The notes under the pieces: model-generated
Seen by the model: only the letters and a program-made list of their open reading frames with translations
What the model was told of the DNA's origin: nothing
The model's database searches: none
Shown: one piece after another, positions 12,052 through 24,300 of the stretch
Position numbering within the stretch: position 1 is the stretch's first letter
Layout of the letters: every line of letters starts with the position of its first letter
Assembly (NCBI GenBank): GCA_964035545.1
Contig: OZ037766.1
Span: 8,360,722 to 8,424,721 of the forward strand
Length of the DNA stretch: 64,000 nucleotides
DNA from: Bugula neritina
Taxonomy: Eukaryota; Animalia; Bryozoa
Direction of reading: 5' to 3'
Position numbers and translations under genes: made by a program

Positions 12052-15000
12052 ATGCCTGCAACAACCAGACGGCGTACATGGGATAAGTGCTTGCTTGATG
12101 CTCCTGAAGATTTTAAAGAAGTCAAAGTATGACTCATTTGTTTGAAGCAACAATGAATGACATAAGTTCAAATTGATGCTCTAATTTTATAGCTTGTGAT
12201 GGATTTCATTCATTTATTTTAATAGAAAAAGTTCACTGAAAACAAGTCATGGTTTGAAGAAAGAAGAGAGGAAAACTTGAAGGCCAACGCTGCATTTCTT
12301 GCTAGCCTTAATATCAATGATGTGAGCCTATTTTATATTGGAATAATGATTATTATTTACAACATTGCCTTGTATTCAGTTTTAAAATTGTAATATTATA
12401 ACCATTGATGAGTTAATTAGAAGGAGTTTAGATAAATATGTGAACAATCTATATTTATGATGCAACATATATTTGATTGTACCTAGTAAATATATAATTT
12501 TGTCTTCCTTTTTTATTAGGTAAAATTGAAACTGAAGCCTAAAGTTGAACCCAAAAGTTTATCTTCTCGCGGTATCAAAACGTGAGTTTTGTGTGTTACA
12601 AATTGTTAAAAATACATTAACTTTAATAAACATGTGCATCTTATCACCACAGAGAGTTTTTGATTTCATGCATGAGTCAACCTATTCATTGGCCAACTCA
12701 AAAGCTGTAAAAATAGTAAAATATGGAGAAAATGAAGGCTAGCTGCTTGATTCAAATATTTTTTAGTTTATTGAATTTTTTTATATGAATTTAGTAAGTC
12801 TGTGATGGAGCCTCGAACCTATGAGCTGCGTCCTGTAAGACGTCCCGTCACCCGGTCATCAGTCCTGCCAGAAGACGGGGAGTCACAAGTTACGCTGTCT
12901 ACGTCTAGTCAACCGCGATCAGAGTCATCCAATAGGGGCGTTGGCCCTGTCTCTTCAGACACTATGCAAAATACTGTGAGCTACTTTCATCATAAGAAGT
13001 TGAATCGGATTGGACTGAAGTATGTTTTGCAATGCTGCTTCATTGCTATTTTGTGTCGCTGGCCTGTAAGTCAGCTCTCTTGTTTTGTAGGCTCAACTCA
13101 CTGCTCCAGTCATATCGTGGGAGGACTGCATAGTACCCAAGGGGTGCTCTTACTCTCAAACACTCACCAACAGACTTGCTGCTTCTTGTGGTACGCTAGA
13201 AAATGCATAATTTATAGATTCACATATTTGTACATTTTTCGATAAATTTGTTTTGCAGTAAGTTTGTTAAAGATATGTATATATTACTTAAAAATGTGTT
13301 GTTATTCTGCATGAACTTAATACAATATATAACCAGAATGCATTTAAGTCTATATTTTGTAGATCGAAAGCCATCAGTGACAGAGGATTTGGTGGACTTT
13401 GTTAACATTTGTTCCTTGATGTCAATCAACTCGAATCTCGTTGCTAAGGTGACACCTCATCGCATATATTCCGTAGACTTACACTCGTCATTACACAACT
13501 CTCCTCTCGTGGCTGCTGGGGACAAGTGGGGACACGTTGGACTGTGGAATGTAGTGAGTTCTTCATTAGCTCTTTTCTACCATTACTTCAAATAAGTTGT
13601 TTTTACTCTTTTCTAACATTACTTCAAATAAGTTGTTTTTGCAAGTCATTGAAATATTTAGTTTTTTTTTCTGATATTTTTTTATGTCTTCGAATCTATT
13701 TCATAGCCTTTCCCTTCTAGATCCCTGAGGAATCATCAGCTAATGATGGTGTGTGCCTATTCAAGCCCCACGTGTCTCCAGTAAATTGTGTTAAGTTCTC
13801 AGACTATGACCAGTCTACCCTTTTCAGTTCCTCTTATGACGGCACTGTAAGAAGATGTGATGTTAACAAGCAGCAGTTTGAACTCGTTAGTTTCCACCGT
13901 CTTTTATACTTACGTTATCAATTCAAGTAAATATATTGCTTACTTGTTGGAAAAAACTTTGTGTTACAGTTTTCTAAAAATTGTATTTATTAATTTTATT
14001 TTCATAATTTTTAAAAGCAAATTATATTTTCTGTAAAATTTGTACTCTTTGTTAGTCAAGTTAAATGCTATTCTCCAACACAATTACTTTGTTTATAAAC
14101 CGTATGGCACTAACACTAACTACCTTGATGCAATAAAAGTGGCCCCAGTAATAAAATATGATGCTTGATTAGATTTTTAAGTTTCTGTTACAATGTTGTA
14201 TTTATCAATGCAAAATTTTCGATATTTGAATAAGTCATTAGCCTCGATTTTTGTTATATTTTTCTTAATATCTTTGTCCACAGGTATACAGCACACCTGA
14301 TGAAGACGATATTCAACACATGTACTTGAGTGAGGTGGATATGAACAGAGTGTGTGTGGCATCAACTGATAGCTGCGTAGCGTACATTGACTCCCGGACT
14401 AGCAGTGTCAGGTGGTGTAAACACAGCTGCTACAATCCATGCATTTTTATTTCTTTTCATTGCTAGCGCATGCTAATCACACCCAACTTTCAGCATATGA
14501 TTCAAACAAGATGATAAATGCTGTTTAAAACCATAACAGATTTCATTTATTACTCTTCAACATGCACTATTATTTATTACATATTAGCATGCCTTCAGGC
14601 ATTTATGATGAGTAAAAACCATTGCCCTAAATGTGTATATAACTCCAAGATATGATAAAAATCCAAAACTCATGACTCATGAGTTTATAGTAAAACACGC
14701 TTCATACAAATATAGTTATTATATCTGTATATTCACATACATTTACCTGTTTTGTAGATCGTTTGATACACAAAGCGGTAAACTGAAGTGTGTTAGTCAT
14801 CACCCAATAGAGAAACACTATTTTATCACTGCCTCGGTCAAAGGTCACGTGGACTTGTGGGATGAGAGATACTTGGCTAAGTCAAGGTCATATCTAACTA
14901 GACTGCCGCACAAGAAGGGTGTGCTGTCTGCCTTCTTCTCTCCCACATCTGGAGACAAGATTCTCAGCTGCTCTGCTGGTGACGAGATCAAGTACGTTCA

Positions 15001-16585
15001 ACTTTCACTACTTCGCTTACGTGATGTAGTCTGAGAGTCTGTTTTTAACGACTCAAACGGGTCTCAGACTATGGCTTGTCCTGCAATGTATTCTTAAAGC
15101 TGGATGGTTGGAAAAAATGATTACAATATTAGTTTTTGCTTCACTTTACTAGTGAGGTTTTTATTAGTTCTCGGTTGGTTTTTAAACTATGTAAGTTTTT
15201 ACGAGTAGATTTGGGTTAATTTACTTTTTTCAAAAATTTATCAAGTATAAAAGTTTTGTTATTTGAATTTCGTAAAATGGAAATTTTTGCAAACTATATC
15301 GCATTCAATTATTTGTTTCTTTAATAGTATATTGTATTTTTCCCCCTCCCAAATAATACAATATCATTCAATGTGTTGAATTATTTATTTTGAGTCTTAT
15401 TTTTGCTGTAGCTTCAACAAATGTATACTCTTGTTTCTGAATGATAAGATAACTTTCAGCAATGATTGGGAAAACTCATCTTTTGAATTTATTTCTTTTA
15501 ATGACTAATGTTATGTGTATATTGTGTGTTGTATTTAAATTACCACACCTATTCTCTATGTAGGTTACATGTTGCACAGATCTCCCCCAGCATTACGGTT
15601 TGTTTGCAGGGTGTATAATTCTACAGACATGACTAATATAAAGACTGAATCCTCCTTCTATCACAACAACTTCACTGGCAGATGGTTGTCCAACTTCAGA
15701 GCTACTTGGCACCCTTCCAGAGAAGACTGCTTTCTGATTGGCTCAATGAAACATCCTAGACAAGTAATAATCATCACAAAATATGCAATGGAAATGTTTA
15801 TGCACTGTAGTAAGCCTAGGGCCACACGGTGCGTATTTTCGCATGCGAAAATTAAAACCACGAGTAGCAAAGGTGTCCACTGTATGCGTTGAGAAAACAT
15901 TCGCACTTGTCGCTCAGCATTCTGAACGCAAGTGCGAATCGTCTCTGTCGTCGTCACCTAATTGGTTGGTAGTTATTTAGCGAGCCCAATTATTTTATTT
16001 TAGTGCTACATTCCAGTAAATTGCGTTTTATTGAAAGCGAGTGCGATTTAAAAGTGAAACTTCATTCATCCCGCACTTGTAGCCATAGCAACAAGGCGAG
16101 CAGTAAAGTTAAACGCAAATATTATTAGCTAGTAGTTTTCCGATCTCATTGACGCTACAGTGGACACCTTTGCTACTTGTGGTTTTAATTTTCGTATGCG
16201 AAAATAAGCACAGTGTGGCCCTAGGCTAAGCACGAATAATTGTGTTTGTCAAGATGAACATATGTGCTCCAGAATAGAGTCAAAATTAAGTCAAATCAAG
16301 TTCATGTAGTAGGAATACCTTGGCTGTACCCCTAGCAAATTACTTGTATGCATATATCTCAACTTATCTTATGTTACATTATTCAAAAACTTTATTTTCG
16401 CATTGATTTTGCAGATAGAGCTCATTGGTTGTGATGGAAAATTGCTGCATACGTTCCACGATAATGGCGAGTTACTACAATCAGTGACTTCCCTCAACGC
16501 TTTCCACCCTTCTCTTCCAGTTATGGCTGGCGGTAACTCGTCTGGTAGAGTGTTTGTGTTCATGGCACAGTTGGACTGCTTGTGA
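12052..16585 (+). CDS. WDR76: WD repeat-containing protein 76 (Cmr1/DDB2-like), 11 coding exons
   Basis: N-terminal SWFEERREENLKANAAFLASL motif; VAKVTPHRIYSVDLH...LVAAGDKWGHVGLW; SSSYDGTVRRCD; HKKGVLSAFFSPTSGDKILS; HNNFTGRWLSNFRATWHP; FLIGSMKHPRQIE; SLNAFHPSLPVMAGGNSSGRVFVF. Exons approx. 12052-12126, 12226-12321, 12520-12581, 12795-12975, 13091-13190, 13363-13553, 13721-13885, 14284-14411, 14758-14991, 15610-15762, 16415-16585, all phase-consistent. Confidence 0.92.
13571..13640. repeat. Short tandem duplication (~36 bp x2) in a WDR76 intron
   Basis: tcttttcta(c/a)cattacttcaaataagttgttttt occurs twice in tandem. Confidence 0.8.
15814..16226. mobile_element. MITE, probably PIF/Harbinger (Tourist-like), in the last WDR76 intron
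   Basis: ~70-bp terminal inverted repeats (GCCTAGGGCCACACGGTGCGTATTTTCGCATGCGAAAATTAAAACCACGAGTAGCAAAGGTGTCCACTGTA...TACAGTGGACACCTTTGCTACTTGTGGTTTTAATTTTCGTATGCGAAAATAAGCACAGTGTGGCCCTAGGC). Flanked on both sides by TAA (15811-13 and 16227-29). No coding capacity. Confidence 0.85.
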
Positions 16586-16590
16586 GGTGC

Positions 16591-16945
16591 GTACTACCAG
16601 TATTATACTACTACCAGTGTTACACTACTACCAGTATTACACTACTACCTGTATTATACTACTACCAGTATTATACTACTACCTGTATTATACTACTACC
16701 TGTATTATACTACTACCAGTATTATGCTACTACCACCAGTATTATACTACTACCTGTATTATACTACTATCTGTATTATACTACTACCAGTATTATACTA
16801 CTACCAGTATTATACTACTACCAGTATTATACTACTACCTGTATTATACTACTACCTGTATTATACTACTACCTGTATTATACTACTACCAGTATTATAC
16901 TAATATCAGTACTATACTACTCTCAGTATTATATTACCACCAGTA
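16591..16945. repeat. 17-bp minisatellite (CCWGTATTATACTACTA)n, ~20 copies, at the start of the WDR76 3' UTR
   Basis: Directly visible tandem units starting a few bases after the WDR76 TGA. It explains ORF-track entries 16554-17072 and 16582-17061. Confidence 0.92.
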
Positions 16946-18347
16946 TTTTAACAATTATTTTGATCAAAACTGCAACAATTTCAAAGAAAAAAAATATATC
17001 AAGAAATGCATCTTCATTTTCTATTTGTATATTATTATTCTCATATTGGTTTGTCATATAAAGACATTTTAAGCTCTATTTTCCTGAAAAGCTTATATTT
17101 ATAAGTAATTTATTTACGATTTCCTAATGTATTGTTTGTAGGCCTGAAATGTTTGAGTGGAAGTTAAAAGCAAATGGTGCTGCTCAATCTTACAATAGCT
17201 TCGAATAGTTTGTTACTTTCAGTTATAGTTTTTTACTGTAATTCCTAAACAGTTTTTATCGTGAACTGCTTAAGCGAACATGTGGTTTAATATCTACAAT
17301 TTTTGTGCCATTGCATAAAAAAAAGTGAGAATTTTATAAGTTTTTCAACATTTATTGTTAAATCTACATTTTATTTATTTAGAGTAATAAAGATCAGTTT
17401 TATTGCATAAATTTTGTTTTGGTGAATTTTATTTCCTCTAACACCAATCATAAAAAATAGACCAACCCTTTTAAATATGAAAAATATTTAAAATGTCAGA
17501 TAGCGAAGCTTTTTTTCTGCCCAACAAGAAATAGAAAATTACAGAAGCATAATTATTTTGTTTTCCTTTTGCTTTTTACGAATTGCAATAGATATGCCAT
17601 TTATGATGCTCTGAATCATCACCATTGAGACTACCTTACAATGTACAGTACTTTTGTAATGTATAAAAATGTGTTTATGTCTCTCATATAATAGGATGTT
17701 TTTTATTAACTTTATATTAGGTAGGTTGATTGATATAAATAAAAATTGCAGAAAACCCTTAAATTTTTCTTAAAGTAAAGTGCATTCTTTCTATCATACC
17801 AGAATGTAATTAACACAAAAATCTATTGCATCACATTGATTGTTCTGTGATTGTTCTGTTGAAGCCATCAGTTTAATGCGGGCTCACTTTAAGGTAAGAT
17901 TTCTAACTTTCTTATCCTCGAAATTAATTCAATCGATTAAATTTCGATTATAACTCAATTCTGTGGAACAGAATTATTCAAAAAACATAGTAAAATGGCA
18001 GAAGGAATAATTAGAAAGAACTTGACTACTATTCTAATAGTTTTGATACAGGTTCATATTATTATGAATCTTCTACCACAGATCGGCTTGAGTATTACAT
18101 TTCCACTTAGAATGTTTGGTAGAGTTTTAAAGTCTTTTATGCTACCAATTAAATTTATGACTGGCTATGGAGTAGAAGACTTAATCAATCATAATGCATA
18201 ATGGTGAGTGATTTTGTGTCCAGATTCAAGTGGATATAAACTGGTAGCGCAGCACACTTAAACCAGAAGCAGCTAAACAACCCCCTAATTTTTCTGATTT
18301 TATTTTTAGACTGAAAGTTCCCATAAAAACAGAAAAAGTTAACAAAC

Positions 18348-21300
18348 ATGGCAGGTGCTAAGTGTAAGTCAAAATGTTGCCGAAGACACTCGAAATCCCA
18401 TCCAACCAGCAAGAAAAATGTTCAAGCAGCATTCCTTGGCATCAAGTAAGCAGACACAATTAATACTTTTTGCATTTATCTGTGCTGTTTTTGCAAAATA
18501 ATTCTATCCCACTTTACACTTTTTGTATTTTTTAACTCAACAGTCAATTTCTGTTATCCAAGTTTCTAACGGGCTAAACTCAAATCGATAACTTATTATC
18601 ACTCAACTTTTGCATACAGAAGTGTGATAATATTTTTAGCTGTTGTGATGTAGATGTGTAATACTTTCATATTTGTCTTACTGTGTGTTATTATGCAAAG
18701 CATGGGCAGTTTAGTCACCTCAATATTAAACAGTTTAAAAAATATCTTCATTACAAAATAGGAAATATTTGTTTTGCAGTCTATAGTTTTGTGGTATTTC
18801 AATCTTTGCAGGAAAGCCTACCTTCCCGGTGAACAACTACTTTTAACCTACGTCATAAATGGCAAATATGAAATGAATCCTGGAGATTCCGTTGCCCTAG
18901 AAAAATGTGGTGTGAATCTGCCTCATGAGCTGAACCCATACCGGTGGCCCGTGTCTACCACCCCTGTTGGCAATAGCTACAGAACCCGCATAGCTCTTCC
19001 CGTATGTTGACAGTATTTATTTTGTTGAAAGTGAAGTTGTAATTTTATGTCTTTTCCCACCTCTCTCATTTTGTATTATTAAATGGGTAGTTTATATAAA
19101 TATTTGTACTAGGAAAATTCAATCTCATTATATAACAGAGTGCATCATCAAATACGTTAAATAATACCTTACCAACACTTAGAGACAAAACTTGTTTTCT
19201 TATGGTAAAAAATGTATTTTACAAAGTGTAATTGGAATATAGTTAATCACAAACTCTGCAATGATGAGAAAGTTGCAGGCGGCAAAAGATCTTTAAACAT
19301 AGTTTCTTTTGAATAGGATTTATGGCTAAATTCTTTAAATTTTAAATTTGTAAAACTTTGGATATCTACAGAAATTTTTTCTGCTTCATCTAGGGTCCAG
19401 TCTAACTTCATCTTGTATAAATACCTGCTTTTCTCTATATCCCAACTTTTGCAAGTTTAAAAGAATTTAGTAGTAGTATTTGTTACATGAGTCTTTTATA
19501 TTCCTAACTGCTGCTGCAGCCTGAAACTACACTTAGAACTAGTATATGATAATCTGATGGCTGTGTTTTTCAGAATCCTGATAGAAAGCTGAAGACCAAA
19601 GAATACCAGTTTGTATATATTAGCTATGAAAGTGGAAAAGTCATTGGCCAAAGTCACCAATTTAGAATTGAAGACATCATTGATTTGGATGATGAAACAG
19701 ACATTGAAGGTGTGACATGACATATATTACTTGCAGCTGTTACTCAAACCTCTAACTAAATGTTGTAAATTAGCGTCATACATCTTACAGTGTAGTTATT
19801 GGTATTGTCTGTTCACAAACTCTAATCACAGTTACTTTGGTAGAAGATATATCAGTTGAGCTGACGCTGGAAGCAAGTAAAGTTAGTCAACAGGAATTGC
19901 TCCGAGAGCCGCTCACACACCCACGACCTGTAAGGGCTGCCAGCACCACCAGCTCAGTTGGCTCTGTGCAAGTATGTGAGAGTCGTCTTCTTAGCTTCGC
20001 TGCATTTCTCTCTTATAGGATTGGAGTTATCTTCCTTATCTATATGTCCTGTATATGTCTAGAGTTGATTTTAACTTCTTCACAGACATTCTTTACTATG
20101 TTATAAAATATAGAAAAGCTAAAAAAAGTCTTAATCTTTTAATTAGAGATTACTTTTAAAGACTTTTTTATATGACAGTTTCACAATAAACACAATGGTA
20201 GCATATGTGACCTATTGCTTGAATTTCTGTTCTTAAACCTTCGTCTGAATTTGTTTTTTATATCAGTAGATAGCCACACTGTTTTGAAATTGCTTTTATG
20301 TTATATCATGTATACATGCATTGAGTTGTAGATATCCCAGTTAAATTTGCATAGAAGTAAAGTTTTATAGTATGACTATATTGATCTATTTGCTATATCA
20401 TCATATTTATGTAATATAGAGTGACCCAGAAACAAGCACGTATAGTGAGATTAGCACACGAGTCCAGCCAACCTCTTCCACAGAGAGTATTGCCAAAGTC
20501 GCAGAATTAATAAAGCAGTATGAAAAGATTAACCACTCACGAAACTCTGTTCCACGTCCTTTGAAACTGGCAACCAATGACAACCGAGTGCTGGTTAAAT
20601 CTCCGGAGAGGTCATTTGTTTCAACCGTATGTAACTTAGACTAGTACTGCTTTATACGCCATGTACTATGCTTTAGCACTAAACAGTTGACTAGTCTGTG
20701 AACTTGGAGTTGTCCTCTCTATAATATAGCTGCTAGTATGCTGTATTTAGTGGAACATTTTAGTTTACACGACAGATTTTTCTAGGAAATTTGTATATGT
20801 CTGATGATTTAGTAAATAAGATTGCTAGTCACAAATATTATTGCAAGGCGTGCCTTATTTTTTACTTTTTGAAGTCTAATAAAATTTATCAAAGCCATAT
20901 ATTATTGGAGTTATCTTACTACATATATGTAAATGTTTGACAACAGACCAAGCTGACAGAGATATTACAAGGCTTACAGAGAGGGAATGTGTCTACCAGG
21001 GGAGTTCCAGTGGCAGCGCTGTCTCCAGACGAGTTGTTCATGGACAGTTTCTTACTGCCCTTTATAAACGGTGTACTTGAATATCTCACCAAAGATGGCT
21101 ACTCGACTATCATCTGTAGAGATGACAGAAACGTGTTCCTGGAGAATGGCAGCGGTCAGAAGACTCTAGACTTGAGGTATTACTATCACTCATCTACACG
21201 TAACTTAATGTAGCTGGATTGAAAGGATTCGTTGTACTGCAACTGGTTACTTATGTTAATCTGGTTAATGCTATCTTTCATATCCATAGCCATTATTTTT

Positions 21301-24300
21301 TGTGATTTATTTTGAATACTGAGATAAATATGTATATATTTTAGTTTGAAGTTAAATCTTGAAGTTGTATGCAAGCGCGCTCTGACACTAACTATAGTAA
21401 TAGCCATAGTTATATTGATAGTCACAGCAATAGTCATATTAATAGTAAATGCTGCAGGCAAAACTGGACGATCAACAAGGAAAATGCAGCGAAGCCACAG
21501 ATTCTGTATCACCATGGTTACACAGTTGATGAACTGACTCAGCTGTATCAACAACTTGAAGATGACCTGGAGGAGTTTAAACACGACAGGTAGTCGGCAG
21601 CTTTGGTTGTCTGGATGTGTATCTAGATATATTGTTTTATACCATATTTGGCTAATGGTAGGCATATCACTTGTATTGAGATGGTCTTGTATAAGTTTCA
21701 AGCTAGGTAAACATCTCTCCAGGTTATTTTAGAGTATATCTTTATAGATTAGTCACTTGGAAAAGAGTAACTTTGTTATAGACCTAATTGTATAATTGCT
21801 ACTTTTTCAAATCTTTTCATGGAAAGTGGTGGTAAATTAACATAGTACATCTCTCTTATGCACAACATTAAATTTGTTTATACAGTGCAACAATTTTTTG
21901 TTTTTGTAAATGTTATTTCATGTTACTCCAGTTCATTTATGCATCTTAATTCAGTGAAGTTAGAGAGCTGAAGTATGCGACGCAACTACATTCCTCCCAT
22001 GCTAAAGAGATGAGAGTTGTCAACAGAAAGATTCGCAAGCTGGAGAGACAGATGAGAACAGTTCTACACTCTTCCAGGACTACAAGTAAATGCACCAAAC
22101 ACCAGGTACTTACTTAGATAATAGTTTTTAAAGGTCCTCTGCTACTAGTCACTCATGGAAACTTGAGTAACATTAACTATTTCACATAAAGACATGTGTG
22201 TAAGAAAAATAAGTTCTATGTTATATAAAGTGAAGGCATCGCTATGCGAAATCAAGTGACACTTGCATGACATCTTATTTTTTACATGTGACATCTCTCT
22301 ATATTACTGAATACATTTTTCCAATATATATACTAAGCAGTGTGATGACCTTCAAATAACCTAACGAAATGCTCAGAGGCAGACAACCTTTATTCAGATT
22401 GAAGTTTTAATACATTTAGACAAGCCTTCAGTTTGAATCGTTCATATAATTTAAAAAGCCCTACTATAAGTCTGAATAAATTATAATATATATTTTATTG
22501 TAAAAGTGCATAACAGAAAATTTAAGCAATTAAATTTAGTTTTTTATGTTAAATTTAAACCGATATTATTGGGTTGCAGGATCATATGCAACAGCATCAA
22601 GACTCAACATTGAAAGACATGGAGCTGGAGGTCATGAACTTGCAGAGCATAAATGAGGTGCTCGTCTCACACATAAAGGTTTGTTGATAAGTTTTAAGTA
22701 AACCTTCTTTCTGCTGCCTTACAACAGCTCTATTCTATAATACTGTTTGGCATCATAATATGCTTTGTAATTAGGCCTTGGAGCAAGAGCTGGCTGAAAA
22801 GACATCTGAATACGGAAAGTTATGCCAGCTGTTCTTAGACAGTCAACAATTGCCTGCAGAGCCTGCAGCCACTTCAGCTGAGGTGGGCTTAGATTTGCAG
22901 TTTCTTAGTCTATATAGCGTCAGTTCCATGAATATCTGTAGCATGACAAGTTTCCTGTCTGTGAAACTACAGACTAAACTTGAACACTCACATGAAATTG
23001 CTAAAGATTAAAAAATATATACGTGTCCATGTGATGTTAGTTTAGGCCAATGGACAGAATTATGTTGCATCCTTGAAACTACAATGTGGGAGAAAAATTA
23101 TCTTGGAACTGTTTTAAATCTAGTATATGTTTTAATTTTTCAATCTGTGAAAACACACAGCTTAGTTGGGCAAAACACACTGATCATTTTGATAATCAAG
23201 CAATGATAAAAACATGTGTTACACATGATTATTAGGTATCAAGTAGTTGTATCGTGTTGTATATTTGTTGCAGGGAGCTGACTATAGCAGTGCTGTAAGA
23301 AAGCCGGTCACCAACAAGCCACTCGTGCAAAAAGCTACAAGTTATGCTGCTACTTCTGCAGCAGACAGTGAAAAAACTGTTTCTAATGAGGACAGAAAGC
23401 CCACCACGACGTCCGAGAGAGGTTTGTGTGTTGCTCTATATCTGAACATGCAGTAAACTAGTTAGTAGTATCAAAGCTGTTCTGGTTGTTCAATCAACTG
23501 CAGCACTTTAAATTTCTCCATTTATAAGGTTTTTCTAAATGCATATTTTTGAAATGTGACTAAAGTTTTTCCAAAATAGTTATTTTTTATAAAAGTTGCA
23601 TACAGTTATTACATACTAGGGCTGCTAATCAGCTTCAAAGTTTGATAGTAATACAGTTTATAATCCAGTCACCAACGCTATGTGCTCAACTTAGTTTGTT
23701 TAGTGTGTGATCATACAGGTATGCATGTTGTACAAGTTACACACTAATTTTGGTAAATATGTAACCAAATGACACCCATGCAATGATGAGCTGATTCTTG
23801 TAGAACTATCGAATTCACCAGACCAAGAAGAGTGGCTGAAGCTACTGAAACGTCTGCTCAAAAGTAGGTCTGCAACTGCTTTACAAGAAACACCAAATGT
23901 CAATAAAAGTGAGAGTTCGGATTCCCTAGCCGTAGCCATGAGGCGACTTTTCAACGTCTGCTCCTCTCCCAGTCTGGCCAGCACATGCACTAGTCATCAC
24001 TCGCTGAGCTCGAATGACTCAGTCCTGGAAGCTATCAGAAGTATGTTTGGTGATGAGTCACCAGCTTCTAGTCTGCCGGTTGGCTCCTGTCCCGTAACTC
24101 CTTGCAACAGTGCCGACAATGTTGGTAAGAAGCAAAAGGTCAAGGCCAATATACTTGACCACTCGTCGAGTATGAAAAATGTACTACGGTGGCTATTTGC
24201 AGCGAGTAGTGAAGATTTGAAGAAGGCTTTGCCAGGTGCCAGTAATGAGAGCATCTCGTCGCTTGGTGAAGCGATGAGAAGGATGTTCAATGAAGAAGGG

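Noticed and set aside
14600-14690. RTGATGA box-C-like motifs in introns as snoRNAs (also ~1452, ~7086, ~19260)
   Set aside because: No properly spaced box D (CTGA) with a terminal stem or recognisable rRNA guide.
16591-16945. Repeat arrays as possible CRISPR loci (also 29620-29804)
   Set aside because: Contiguous tandem units without unique spacers, no cas genes, and a eukaryotic intron-rich context.
16554-17072. Tyr/Thr-rich ORFs of 172 and 159 aa
   Set aside because: They are translations of the 17-bp minisatellite in the WDR76 3' UTR, with no splice support or domain.
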